Shown: positions 21,083 to 30,878 of the stretch, in pieces
How positions within the stretch are numbered: the first letter of the stretch is position 1
Layout: each line of letters begins with the position of its first letter
Assembly (NCBI GenBank): GCA_963798085.1
Contig: CAWCRS010000001.1
Coordinates: 1 to 64,000, forward strand
Source: an uncultured Gemmatimonadales bacterium
GTDB taxonomy: Bacteria; Gemmatimonadota; Gemmatimonadetes; Longimicrobiales; RSA9
DNA length: 64,000 bases
Reading direction: 5' to 3'
The notes under the pieces: generated by a model
Told to the model about the DNA's origin: nothing
Database searches by the model: none
The model's input: only the letters and a program-made list of their open reading frames with translations
Position numbers and translations under genes: made by a program

Positions 21083-23605
21083 ATGCTGGGACCCGGCCCG
21101 CACCAGAATGGCAGCGTCGTCGCACAGGACCGTCTCGTGACTCAGCCGCAGCGCATTTCCGGATTGACCCGAGCAGGCGAAGCGCTGGCACGGGATGTCC
21201 GCCACGCGTTCCGCGCGCTGCGCCGTACTCCGTTGTTCACCATCGTGGTGGTTGCCTGTCTCGCGCTGGGCATCGCGACGAATACCACAATGTTCTCGGT
21301 ATTCCACGCGATCGCGCTGCGCGCGCTGCCTTTCACTCACCCGGAGCAGCTGGTCTCGCTGTACGAGCGTGAGCCGGGCACAGGCCGACGCGCCACGCTT
21401 TCATGGACCGCGTTCACGGACTGGCGGAGCAATGCGCATGCTTTCACGGAGATGGCTGCGCACACGAGTCGCGTTCTGGTGCTGACGGAGGGCGAGGATC
21501 CGGAACGCGTCGCCGGGCGGCTGGTATCGGCGGGCTTCTTCCCGCTGCTGGGCGCACAGGCGCAGATCGGGCGTCTCTTCGATGCTAGCGACGACGCGCC
21601 GGGCGCGCCGCACGTGGTACTGCTGAGCGATGCGCTCTGGCGACGACGGTTTGGCGGCCAACGCTCGATTACAGGTCGCGCGATCTCACTCAACAATGTG
21701 TCTTACACGGTGGCGGGTGTGCTGGAGCCCGGCTTCGCGTATCCCGGCAGCACTGAGTTGTGGATCCCGCTGGCGCCGGAGCTGGCAGCGGACCGCCGCG
21801 ACGTGCGCGGGCTGAGCACCATCGCCCGGCTCAAACCCGGTATCAGCGTGCAGCAGGCGACGCGCGAAGTCACGGAATTGGCGCGTCGCCTGCACCGTGC
21901 GTACCGGTCCGCGAGTGATGCGCAGGATACGCTCTGGATGGGCGAGGCGCGGTCGCTGCAGGGCAGCATCACGGGGAGCGATGAGCGGATCGTAGCGGCG
22001 GCCATGCTGGGCGCAACGACGTTCCTGCTGCTGATTGCGTGTGCGAATGTCGCCAACCTGCTGCTCACGCGTGCCATTGGCAGACAGCGGGAGATCGCGG
22101 TGCGCGCCGCGATCGGGGCGGGCCGGCACCGCATCGCGCGACAGCTCATCACGGAAGCGGTACTGCTCGCGGTGCTTGCCTGCGTCGTGGCGCTGCCTGT
22201 CATCCGGCAGGCGCTGCGCTGGATCGCGGCAGCGATTCCACCATCGGACGCGTTCCCCTACTACGTGCACTGGTCGCTGGATCTGCCCACGTTCTGCTAC
22301 GCGGCCCTGGCTTCGCTCGCGACCGGCATCCTGTTCGGTCTGGGGCCCGCGCTTCTGGCGGCGCGCGTGCCGTTGCAGGAGGCGCTCAGGACGGGGACGC
22401 AGGGCAGCGGCAGCGGTCCACGCCAGCACCGGTTGCGCCACACCATGGTGGTGGCGGAGGTGGCGCTGGCGCTCGTGCTGCTCGTGGGCGCGGCTCTCTT
22501 CGTGCGCACCTGGGTGGGCATTCGCGCAACCGAGCTGGGCTATGATACCAGCCGCATCATGACCATGCGCTTCTATCTGCCGGGTGCGCGCTATGACAGC
22601 GCAGGGCCGCGCACGCGTGTGGTGGCGGACATCGCGCGCCGGATGCAGGCATTGCCGGGCGTGGAAGCCGCCGCGGTTTCCGACCTGATCCCGCTGGATG
22701 ACGAGGGCGGCGCGGAAGGCGAAATCACGATCGAAGGCGATGCCGGCGATACGCGGCGATCGATTGCCTACTGCGGTGTTACCGGCGACTGGTTCGGCAC
22801 GTTGGGCCTGACTCTGGTGTCCGGGCGTGCGTTCAGCGAACAGGAAACGCGCGACAGTGTCCCCGTCGCCGTCATCAATCGCGTGATGGCGAGGCAGTTC
22901 TGGCCGGGCAGGAACGCGCTGGGCCAGCGTTTCCGGCTGGCCGGCGATGCGACGCGCACCTGGTTCACGGTAATCGGCGTGGCGCCCGACATCCGCACCG
23001 TCAAGCTGGACGAGAATCGTCGCACACCACCCACCGTGTACCTGCCCTATCGCTTCACTCCAACACGCGATTACGGCGTGCTGCTGCGCACGCGCGCGCT
23101 GCCCGCCGCGATCACGGGCGAAGCGCGCACCGCACTGCACGCGGCCGATCCGTCACTGCCGCTCTTCAACGTGTGGACGATGGACGAGGTGCGCTATCTC
23201 AGCTACTGGATGTACGTGCTGTGGGGTCTGCTGTTCGGCAGTTTCGGCATCAGCGCGCTGGTCCTGGCCGCGCTCGGCGTGTACGCCGTGATCTACTACA
23301 GTGTGGCGCAGCGTACGCGTGAGATCGGCGCGCGGGTGGCACTGGGCGCGCAGCGAGCGGACATCCTGCGACTGGTGCTGGGCCAGGGACTGGCGCTCGC
23401 CAGCACCGGTGTCGCCATCGGCCTGGCGGGTGCGCTTGCGTTGACGCGGGTCGTGGGCAGTCTGCTGATCGGTGTGTCGGCAACGGACCCGCTCAGCTTC
23501 CTGGGTGTCGCGCTGTTCCTCACCGCGACGGCGCTGCTGGCCAGCTACCTGCCCGCGCTGCGCGCCACACGGGTGGATCCTCTGGAGGCGCTGCGCCAGG
23601 AGTGA
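21083..23605 (+). CDS. ADOP-family duplicated orphan ABC permease
   Basis: RDVRHAFRAL, LALGIATNTTMFS, IACANVANLL, REIAVRAAIGAGR, QRTREIGARVALGA, RATRVDPLEALRQE; start may be GTG 21137. Confidence 0.93.
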   Translation: MLGPGPHQNGSVVAQDRLVTQPQRISGLTRAGEALARDVRHAFRALRRTPLFTIVVVACLALGIATNTTMFSVFHAIALRALPFTHPEQLVSLYEREPGTGRRATLSWTAFTDWRSNAHAFTEMAAHTSRVLVLTEGEDPERVAGRLVSAGFFPLLGAQAQIGRLFDASDDAPGAPHVVLLSDALWRRRFGGQRSITGRAISLNNVSYTVAGVLEPGFAYPGSTELWIPLAPELAADRRDVRGLSTIARLKPGISVQQATREVTELARRLHRAYRSASDAQDTLWMGEARSLQGSITGSDERIVAAAMLGATTFLLLIACANVANLLLTRAIGRQREIAVRAAIGAGRHRIARQLITEAVLLAVLACVVALPVIRQALRWIAAAIPPSDAFPYYVHWSLDLPTFCYAALASLATGILFGLGPALLAARVPLQEALRTGTQGSGSGPRQHRLRHTMVVAEVALALVLLVGAALFVRTWVGIRATELGYDTSRIMTMRFYLPGARYDSAGPRTRVVADIARRMQALPGVEAAAVSDLIPLDDEGGAEGEITIEGDAGDTRRSIAYCGVTGDWFGTLGLTLVSGRAFSEQETRDSVPVAVINRVMARQFWPGRNALGQRFRLAGDATRTWFTVIGVAPDIRTVKLDENRRTPPTVYLPYRFTPTRDYGVLLRTRALPAAITGEARTALHAADPSLPLFNVWTMDEVRYLSYWMYVLWGLLFGSFGISALVLAALGVYAVIYYSVAQRTREIGARVALGAQRADILRLVLGQGLALASTGVAIGLAGALALTRVVGSLLIGVSATDPLSFLGVALFLTATALLASYLPALRATRVDPLEALRQE

Positions 23606-23626
23606 GGCGTGGGGTGACGTGGGTGC

Positions 23627-23670
23627 AAAACGAAGCCCGCCAGCCGGCGTACGCGACGCGGCTGGCGGGC
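23627..23670 (-). terminator. intrinsic terminator between convergent genes
   Basis: 12-bp stem GCCCGCCAGCCG / CGGCTGGCGGGC with a short T-tract on the minus strand. Confidence 0.65.
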
Positions 23671-23684
23671 GTCTGCAACTTCGA

Positions 23685-24047
23685 TCAGGAGGTCTTCTTC
23701 TTCCAGATCATGTTCTCGCGATTGGCCATGCGCACCACGCCTTCGGTGGGATAGTAGTAGATGCGCATGTCATAGGCGCGCAGCACGTTCTCGTACTTCA
23801 TGTCGTAGCGCACGCGTCCGGATTCCTCGTGGCTGCTGATGGTCTTGATCCGGTAAGGCTCGGTTACCGCAGCGTTGGTCTGCAGGAAGAGGCTGTCTTC
23901 CGTGATGCGGAATCCACGATCCTTGTAGGCCGGTACATCCGTCGCCCATGAGCCGATCAGCTCCTGCGCCACGGGCTCCCTGCTGCAACCCGCCGCCATG
24001 CCCAGCGCGGCGGCGACAATCGTCAGCGACAGCGATTTCCTGTTCAA
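23685..24047 (-). CDS. hypothetical lipoprotein
   Basis: MNRKSL + hydrophobic stretch + AAGC lipobox; LIGSW lipocalin-like start; RBS GGGAGG with TTG start. Confidence 0.75.
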   Translation of the reverse strand: MNRKSLSLTIVAAALGMAAGCSREPVAQELIGSWATDVPAYKDRGFRITEDSLFLQTNAAVTEPYRIKTISSHEESGRVRYDMKYENVLRAYDMRIYYYPTEGVVRMANRENMIWKKKTS

Positions 24048-24174
24048 TGCAGCCTCCCTGGCCCCGCCCGCGTCACGCGGGTCGACGAACCTGCCTCGTG
24101 CGTGGTGAAGTGTCTGCGTCTGTCTGCGTCAAACTGATCGTTAGAAAGCGTCCCGGTTGCGGATCCCTGCCGCC

Positions 24175-24660
24175 TCAGTAATTGCTGGCGACGCCCATGT
24201 AGCCGCCATCGGCGGCGCGAATCACATCATCGCGGCTGGCGCCCATGGTGATGGACTGCGCCGAGGCGCCGTCGATGCCGTTGCTGTACAGGTCATAGTC
24301 GGTGCTGAGCGGCGCGCCGAACTGGTCCTGGCGATAGCCGGCCGGCGGGGCGCAGCCACCACCCGGACATTTCGGGAATGGCAGATACTGGTAGAGGTTG
24401 CCCCACGGATCGAGCAGCGTGTTGCGACCGATGTCCGCCAGCGTTGCGGGCAGATTGCCCGAGGTGGCTTCGTAATAGGCGATCTCGTCGTTGATCGTGC
24501 GCAGCTCGTGCGCCGCGCGCGCCGTCTTGGCCACGTCGATCACCGCATGGAACTGCGGGATCGCGATGCTGGCCAGGATGTACGAGATCGTCAGTGCCGT
24601 GAGCAGCTCGACCAGCGTGAAGCCTGACCGTGCGCGGGCACGCGGCAAACGGCGGTGCAT
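24175..24660 (-). CDS. prepilin-type N-methylation protein (GspG/PulG-like pseudopilin)
   Basis: RSG|FTLVELL class III signal, DPWGNLYQY, DYDLYSNGIDG…DDV; start could be 24729. Confidence 0.85.
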   Translation of the reverse strand: MHRRLPRARARSGFTLVELLTALTISYILASIAIPQFHAVIDVAKTARAAHELRTINDEIAYYEATSGNLPATLADIGRNTLLDPWGNLYQYLPFPKCPGGGCAPPAGYRQDQFGAPLSTDYDLYSNGIDGASAQSITMGASRDDVIRAADGGYMGVASNY

Positions 24661-24910
24661 CCGCCGCAGTGCGCGCTGCGTACCTGCCCTCAGACGCGCG
24701 TGGCAGGCGCGAAAAGCGAACTTCGTCATGGCAGTGCTGATCAAGCGGAAGAACCGCCTGACTCCCCTGAAAAACACGCGCTGCCCGGCCCCTCGTGACC
24801 CGGGCAGTCCAGCAGAGCCGCACAGCCCCTGTTCGGGTGCGACCCACTACGGGGAGAGCAAGAGCAGGGCCCGCCTGAACCGGGGCCCCATCTGCTTGCT
24901 ATGGCCAAAC

Positions 24911-24936
24911 TTCGGCAATTATCGCCGATTTCTTTA
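24911..24936 (-). promoter_or_regulatory. sigma28-like promoter TAAAG-N15-GCCGAA
   Basis: Minus-strand match in an AT-rich patch upstream of the pseudopilin gene. Confidence 0.45.
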
Positions 24937-25082
24937 CTTCGCGTCCTGCCTACTTTCTGCGAATTGCCCGGAAACGCGTTTCCGGATCGGGTCGCGGCCG
25001 GCAGCCCGGGCCACGGCCGCCGGGAATGGCGACCGGCACACTGGAGGCGTGTGCGCGGGGATGCCCGGCGGCGGATCGCCGT

Positions 25083-27497
25083 CTACTCGGTCCGGAGCGC
25101 GATGGCGGGGTGCACGCGGGTAGCGCGGCGGGCGGGCAGCCAGCTGGCGAAGAGGGCCAATGCGGCCAGCGCCAGCGGCACCGCAACGAAGGTGAGCGGG
25201 TCCAGCGGGGCCACATCGTAGAGCAGGCTGCGCAGCAGGCGGACGGCGAAGAAAGCTGCGCCAAGGCCGGCGCCAATGCCCAGCAGGGCCGTACGCAGCG
25301 CATTGGACAGCACCAGGCGCAGCACATTGCCTCGCCCTGCGCCCAGCGCCATGCGCACTCCCATTTCGGCGGTGCGGTGCGCGGTGAGGTACCCGATCAC
25401 ACCGAAGATACCGAGCGCGGCGAGGACCACGGCGAGCCCGGCGAACAGGCCGAGCAGCACGGTGTGGAAGCGCGGCCGGCGCAGCGACGCGCTGATCAGG
25501 TCGCTCACGGTCGCGATGTTGACGGCGCGCGCGGCCGGCGAAACCTCGCGCACGACCTGCCGCAGCGCGGGCACCAGCGCACCGGCCTCGCCGGCGGTGT
25601 GCACCACGAGATGATTGAGCGGCCACTGCGACTGCGTGCCGGGCACGTACACATTGAGCGAGACGTCACGCAGGTCGCGGTAACGCGCATCGCCGGCCAC
25701 GCCCACGATGGTCAGCCACGGGCTCTGACTGTCAGGGCCGCCCCATTTGATGCGACGGCCTGTGGCGTCCTGGTGGGGGAAGAAGCGCTCGGCGACGGCG
25801 CGGCTGACGACCACCACACCCGGCGAAGTGGCGTTGTCCGCGGGGGTGAAGCCGCGACCGGTAAGCTGCGGAATTCCCATGGTGGCGAAGTAATCGGGTG
25901 TTATCGCCTCGTAGTTGAGGTAGGGGTTCTTCGACTGTGCGTCCGCCGGCTGGTTCTCGATGGTGAAGGGATAGTCGTAGCCATCCGGCCCCTCGAGCGG
26001 TCGCAGCAGCACGCCGGCCGCGTGCTCCACACCGGGCAGCGCGCTCGCGCGCTCGATGAGCCGGTCGAACAGTGCGGCCACGGCTGCGGGACCGGCCGGG
26101 CGGGGGTCCGGGTCGAACAGCTCGAGTGTGACGGTGCCCTGGCGGTCGAACCCGGCATTCACATCGCTCAGGCGGATGAAGCTGCGCACCACGAGTGTAC
26201 CGGCAATCAGCACGACCACGGCGAGGGCCAGCTGCGCGGCCATGATGGCGCGGGAGAGACGGCGAGTCGGAGCCCCTGTCGTCGCCCTTGATGCGACGCG
26301 CATCAGGTCCTGCTGCATGCTGTTGCGCAGGGCGGGCACGAGTCCGAACAGCACGGCGCTGAGCAGCGCCACGCCGGCGGTGAAGAGCAGCACGAGCGGA
26401 TCCACGCGCACGGCATCGGCGCGATACAGCTCTTCGGGCAGCAGGCTGCGCAGCGCGCCCACGCCGATGGCGGCGAGCCACAGGCCGAGCGCGCCGCCCA
26501 CGATGGCCAGGGCCAGCGATTCCGCGAGCAGCAGCCGCGTCAGGCGGCCGCGTGATGCGCCCAGCGCCGCGCGCACCGCCAGCTGCCGCCGGTTGGCCGC
26601 GCCGCGCGCCAACAGCAGGTTAGAGACATTGGCGCAGGCGATGAACAGCACCAGCAGCGCCGCCGCGGTCAGCAGCAGCAGCGCCGGCCTCGCCGGGCCC
26701 AGCAGTTCCTCGCCGAGCGGCAGCAGCCTTGCTGCCGCTCGGAAGCTGGGCGGCGCATACTGCTCGGACAGCCGGTGCGCAATGGCGTCCGATTCGGTGG
26801 CCGCAGCCGCGCGCGAAATGCCGGGGCGCAGGCGTCCCACCACGTGCAGGAAGCCGATCGTGCGATTCTGCGCATAGGCATCGATCTGCGGGCGCAGCGC
26901 GGTCCAGATTTCCGCGTGCTGCGGATAATCGAGGCCGGGTGGCATCACGCCCACGATGCTGTAGGTGGTACCGTTCAGCCGCAGCGTGCGGCTGGTGATG
27001 TCGCGGGCCGCACCGAAGCGGCGGGTCCAGGCGTTGTGCGAGAGCACGGCGACGGGCGGTGCGCCGGCGACATCATCGCCGGGGCCCAGCGTGCGGCCGA
27101 GCGCGGCCGTGGCGCCCAGCAGACGGAAGAAGTCGCCGGACACCCAGGCCGCGTGCACGGGCTGCGCGTCGTCGCCGATCTCGAGGATCTGCCGGGGCAG
27201 CGTCGTGGGAAAGGCGCTGAGCGCGTCCAGCGTGGTGCTGGCGGCGCGCAGGTCGCTGTAATCCGGATACGAGATGTCGAACGGCGCCGTCGGATTCCCC
27301 ACGGGGAATTCATGCACGACGAAGAGCTGTTCCGGCTGCGCGAACGGGAGCGGGCGCAGCAGCACGGCGCGCACCACACTGAAAACAGCGGTGTTCGCGC
27401 CGATACCGAGGGCCAGCGTCCCGGCGGCCGCCAGCGTGAACAGCGGCGCGTGGCGCATCTGCCGCAGCGCATAACGCAGATCTCGCGGGAACTGCAT
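25083..27497 (-). CDS. ADOP-family duplicated orphan ABC permease
   Basis: MQFPRDLRYALRQM, TLALGIGANTAVFSVV, IACANVSNLL, EMGVRMALGA, PARRATRVHPAIALRTE; RBS AGGAG. Confidence 0.93.
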   Translation of the reverse strand: MQFPRDLRYALRQMRHAPLFTLAAAGTLALGIGANTAVFSVVRAVLLRPLPFAQPEQLFVVHEFPVGNPTAPFDISYPDYSDLRAASTTLDALSAFPTTLPRQILEIGDDAQPVHAAWVSGDFFRLLGATAALGRTLGPGDDVAGAPPVAVLSHNAWTRRFGAARDITSRTLRLNGTTYSIVGVMPPGLDYPQHAEIWTALRPQIDAYAQNRTIGFLHVVGRLRPGISRAAAATESDAIAHRLSEQYAPPSFRAAARLLPLGEELLGPARPALLLLTAAALLVLFIACANVSNLLLARGAANRRQLAVRAALGASRGRLTRLLLAESLALAIVGGALGLWLAAIGVGALRSLLPEELYRADAVRVDPLVLLFTAGVALLSAVLFGLVPALRNSMQQDLMRVASRATTGAPTRRLSRAIMAAQLALAVVVLIAGTLVVRSFIRLSDVNAGFDRQGTVTLELFDPDPRPAGPAAVAALFDRLIERASALPGVEHAAGVLLRPLEGPDGYDYPFTIENQPADAQSKNPYLNYEAITPDYFATMGIPQLTGRGFTPADNATSPGVVVVSRAVAERFFPHQDATGRRIKWGGPDSQSPWLTIVGVAGDARYRDLRDVSLNVYVPGTQSQWPLNHLVVHTAGEAGALVPALRQVVREVSPAARAVNIATVSDLISASLRRPRFHTVLLGLFAGLAVVLAALGIFGVIGYLTAHRTAEMGVRMALGAGRGNVLRLVLSNALRTALLGIGAGLGAAFFAVRLLRSLLYDVAPLDPLTFVAVPLALAALALFASWLPARRATRVHPAIALRTE

Positions 27498-27565
27498 GAC
27501 GTGCTCCTGTGCGTCGAATTCCGGGAACGCGGGGAACGCTTCCGGCGCTGCCCCGGGATGCGGAC

Positions 27566-27581
27566 GGCATTCGCGGTGCCA
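27566..27581 (-). promoter_or_regulatory. sigma54-like promoter TGGCAC-N5-ATGC
   Basis: Minus strand TGGCACCGCGAATGCC: exact GG-N10-GC spacing, one mismatch to TGGCAC-N5-TTGC, about 70 bp upstream of the permease. Confidence 0.5.
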
Positions 27582-27898
27582 TCCGGCGATGGATCCGGCC
27601 GCCTTCAATGCTGCTGCGCAAGCTAGAACGCGAGGCTTTGCCCGGCCATTGTTCGAGGCCAGGCAACTTGCCGGACAGCATGAGGTGCGCAACGTTGTCG
27701 CCAAATGCGTGAGTCTGGCCAGGTGGCGGCCGGCATGCCGCGTTCAGGTCGCCACCATCCCATCCTGCGCCGGACTCCAGCTGCGCTGCCGCCTCGCGTG
27801 CGCGCTTTCGAAGGTTTGCAGGGGGTGCCGCATGACGGAACCGAAGGTACCGTGTTGACTGCACAGCTGCCGACTGGCCCGTCCGCCTGCGGGTCCCG

Positions 27899-29394
27899 GT
27901 GTCCACGTGCAGCCGCGCGCTTCTACTCGCGGGCGCTGGCGATCAACCTGCGCGCACTGCTCGCTGTCGTCACGCTGGCATCGCCGCTGGCGGCGCAGCG
28001 AGGTGGACGCGGGCAGGATCGCCTGTCGCAGGCGGACAGTCTGGCGACGTGGTACGCGCTGGGCATCGGCGCGCACCACCTGTGCGCCGGCCTCTGGGTG
28101 GTGGGCCGCGACTACCGTCGCTCGCCCGAGGCGGTGGTGGCGGAAGACATTGCGCGCTTCCCGGCGTTCCGCTGGGGCGCCGACTTCCGCTTCACGGTGG
28201 ACAGCGCAGCACACACGGTGACGATCACGGACCCGCAGGCGGGCAGCCGCAGCGCGAAGTATTCCGGGGATCAGGGCTGCGCGATCCTGCCCGCCGGCAA
28301 TAACGACGTGTTTTTCCAGCCCGTGGCGCTGCGCTCGACACTGCCCGCCGCGGCGGCGCAGGACTGGCCCATGGGCGATCGCAATGCACGCGCCCGCTTC
28401 GCCGAATGCGGACAGCACGAAGCTCGAGGCCGCACTGGACTGGGCTTTCGACGATGCGGCGCTGCGCCGGCCGCAGAACACGCGCGGCATCGTGGTGGTC
28501 TATCATGGCCGCATCATTGCAGAGCGCTATGCGCCCGGCTGGGGTGCGCACACGCCGCAGATCAGCTGGTCGGAGGGCAAGAGCATTGGCGCCACGCTCA
28601 TCGGCGTGCTGGTACAGCAGGGCCGCCTGCGCCTGGACCAGCCGGCGCCGCTGGCCGAGTGGCAGGGCGAGCGCGATCCCCGCCGCAACATCCGCATTGC
28701 CGACCTCATGCACATGTCGAGCGGACTGGACTTCGACAACTTCGGCCTCGATCCGCGCACCTCCTACACAGCGGCCAACGAGCATTTCCGCATCTACTTC
28801 AATGCGCTGGACGTGGGTGCGCACGCCATCAACCAGCCGCTGCGCTTTCCACCCGGCACGGTCTGGCGCTACCGCAATTCGGATCCGCTGTCGCTCATGG
28901 TCATAGCCCGCCGCACGGTGGAGGCCATGGGCCAGTCTAACCTGACATTTCCACAGCGCATGCTGTTCGACCGCATTGGTGTGCGCAATGCCGTGCTGGA
29001 AACGGATGCGTGGGGCAACTACATCATCACCGGCTTCGACTACGCCAGCACGCGCGACTGGGCGCGCATTGGCCTGCTGTACCTGCGCGATGGTGTCTGG
29101 CAGGGCCAGCGGCTGCTGCCGGAAGGCTGGACCCGATTCGTGGCGACGCCCGCGCCGGGCGATCCGTCACGCGGCTACGGCGGACTCTTCTGGCTCAACC
29201 GTGGCGGGGCGATGCCGCACGTGCCCGAGGATGCGTACTGGGCGGCCGGCTACATGGGTCAGACGACGATGGTCATACCATCGCGCGATCTCGTCGTCGT
29301 GCGACAGGGTCCCAGTCCGGGCGGCGATCAGCCGTACTTCGACGAGCTGGTCGCGCTTGTTCTCGGTGCGCTGGGTAACGCCAGCAGCCGCTGA
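27899..29394 (+). CDS. secreted serine hydrolase, beta-lactamase class C/NylB-like (frameshifts near 27930 and 28406)
   Basis: N-terminal AHHLCAG…GDQGCAIL domain, then SWSEGKS (SxxK), LMHMSSGL, YRN, RDWARIGLLYLRDG, AAGYMGQ. Confidence 0.85.
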
Positions 29395-29505
29395 AGCATG
29401 CGCAGTGCAGCGGCCTCCGGCGCGCCGGTCGTGTGACTGCAGCCTGAGCGGCGCGCCAGCCGACACTTGCGGGGGAACCCGCGCTCCCCTTCTTTTGGCC
29501 GCCTC

Positions 29506-30750
29506 ATGCTCATGCGAGTTCTCAGGTCCCTGCGCGGACGTGCACGCCTGCTCCGTGCTGTGCCGTTCGCGAATCCCCTGTTGCGCGCGGAAATCGCACG
29601 CGAGCGCAGCGGCTTTGCCGTGGAGTCGGAGCACGAGCCGCATCTCGTTGCCGCCGTGGACTGGCTGGTGCGCGCCCAGGATGGCACACCCAATGACGGC
29701 TTCGCGCGCGGCTACAGTCTGGCGTACAACCCGCAATTCGGCGGGCAGGGCTGGCAGCCGTCCTATCCGGAAACCACGGGTTATATCATCCCCACAATGC
29801 TGGCCGCGGCCCGTCGCCTGAACCGGCCCGAGCTGGCGCAGCGCGCGCTGCGCGCGGCGGCGTGGGAGGCCGCCATCCAGCTGCCCAATGGCGCGGTGCA
29901 GGGTGGCGTCATCGGTCAGGGGCGCTCGCCTGCGATCTTCAACACGGGCCAGGTAATGCTGGGCTGGCTGGCGGCGTTCGACGAAACCGGTGATGCGCGC
30001 TTCGCCAATGCGGCCCGCCGCGCGGGCGAATACATGATCTCCGTGCAGGACGAGGACGGCCACTGGCGCAAGGGTAACTCGGAGTTTGCGCGCAAGGACA
30101 CCACGCTCTACAACGCGCGCGCCGCCTGGGGACTGGCGGAAGCGGGCGCCCGCCTGGACAGCGCGGCCATGCGCGAGGGCGCGCACCGCAACCTGCTCGC
30201 GGTCGCGGGCATGCAGCACCCGGACGGCTGGTTTCCGAAGTGCTGCCTCTCCGACCCGGTACGGCCGCTGCTGCACACACTGGCCTACACCGTGCGCGGG
30301 CTGCTGGAAGGCGGGCGGGTACTGGGCGACGACGCACTCCTCGACAGCGCGAGCCTCGCCGCACGCGCTATCGCGCGGCAGGTGCGCAGCGACGGCTGGC
30401 TGGCGGGTCGCTTCAACCAGGACTGGTCGGGCGCGGCGTCATGGAGCTGCCTCACCGGCGAAGTACAAATGGCGAACAACTGGATGCGGCTGTTCACCAT
30501 CACCGGCGACCGCAGCTGGCTCGATCCCGTCGCGAACGTGATCCGCTTCGTCGCCTCCACACAGAACCGGGAGAGCCGCGACCCCGGGCTGCACGGCGGC
30601 ATCAAGGGCTCGGCACCCCTAACAGGCGACTACGGCCGCCACGAGCTGCTGAACTGGGCCACGAAATACTTCGCGGACGCCCTCATGCGCCACGACGTGG
30701 TGACCGGTCGCTGGACCGGCGAGCTGCCGGCGTCCTTCGTGCTGGCGTGA
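29506..30750 (+). CDS. alpha/alpha-toroid (prenyltransferase/squalene-cyclase repeat-like) protein of polysaccharide loci
   Basis: QxxDG repeats (AQDG, IQLPNG, VQDEDG, MQHPDG), SYPETTGYIIPT, FNTGQV, HTLAY, WSCLTG, NWATKYF. Confidence 0.7.
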   Translation: MLMRVLRSLRGRARLLRAVPFANPLLRAEIARERSGFAVESEHEPHLVAAVDWLVRAQDGTPNDGFARGYSLAYNPQFGGQGWQPSYPETTGYIIPTMLAAARRLNRPELAQRALRAAAWEAAIQLPNGAVQGGVIGQGRSPAIFNTGQVMLGWLAAFDETGDARFANAARRAGEYMISVQDEDGHWRKGNSEFARKDTTLYNARAAWGLAEAGARLDSAAMREGAHRNLLAVAGMQHPDGWFPKCCLSDPVRPLLHTLAYTVRGLLEGGRVLGDDALLDSASLAARAIARQVRSDGWLAGRFNQDWSGAASWSCLTGEVQMANNWMRLFTITGDRSWLDPVANVIRFVASTQNRESRDPGLHGGIKGSAPLTGDYGRHELLNWATKYFADALMRHDVVTGRWTGELPASFVLA

Positions 30751-30878
30751 TGCGCAGCAAGCGGAAGCACGGACGGGAACGGTTCGCTTCACAGTGACCG
30801 GCGGGATCGCGACGGCGCGCCCTCACCCATGGGCGCCGCGGACCGGTCCGGTACGCAGTGGATCCGCTGACGGGCGTG

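Noticed and set aside
24891..24908. Possible sigma54 site TTGGCCATAGCAAGCA upstream of the pseudopilin
   Set aside because: GG-to-GC spacing is 9 nt rather than the strict 10 nt.
27899..29394. Antibiotic-resistance beta-lactamase calls for this gene and the MBL-fold gene at 10036
   Set aside because: The motifs fit broad esterase/amidase and lactonase families; nothing specific to resistance enzymes.
29506..30750. Squalene-hopene cyclase call for the toroid protein
   Set aside because: Too short for the two-domain enzyme and lacks the DxDD motif.
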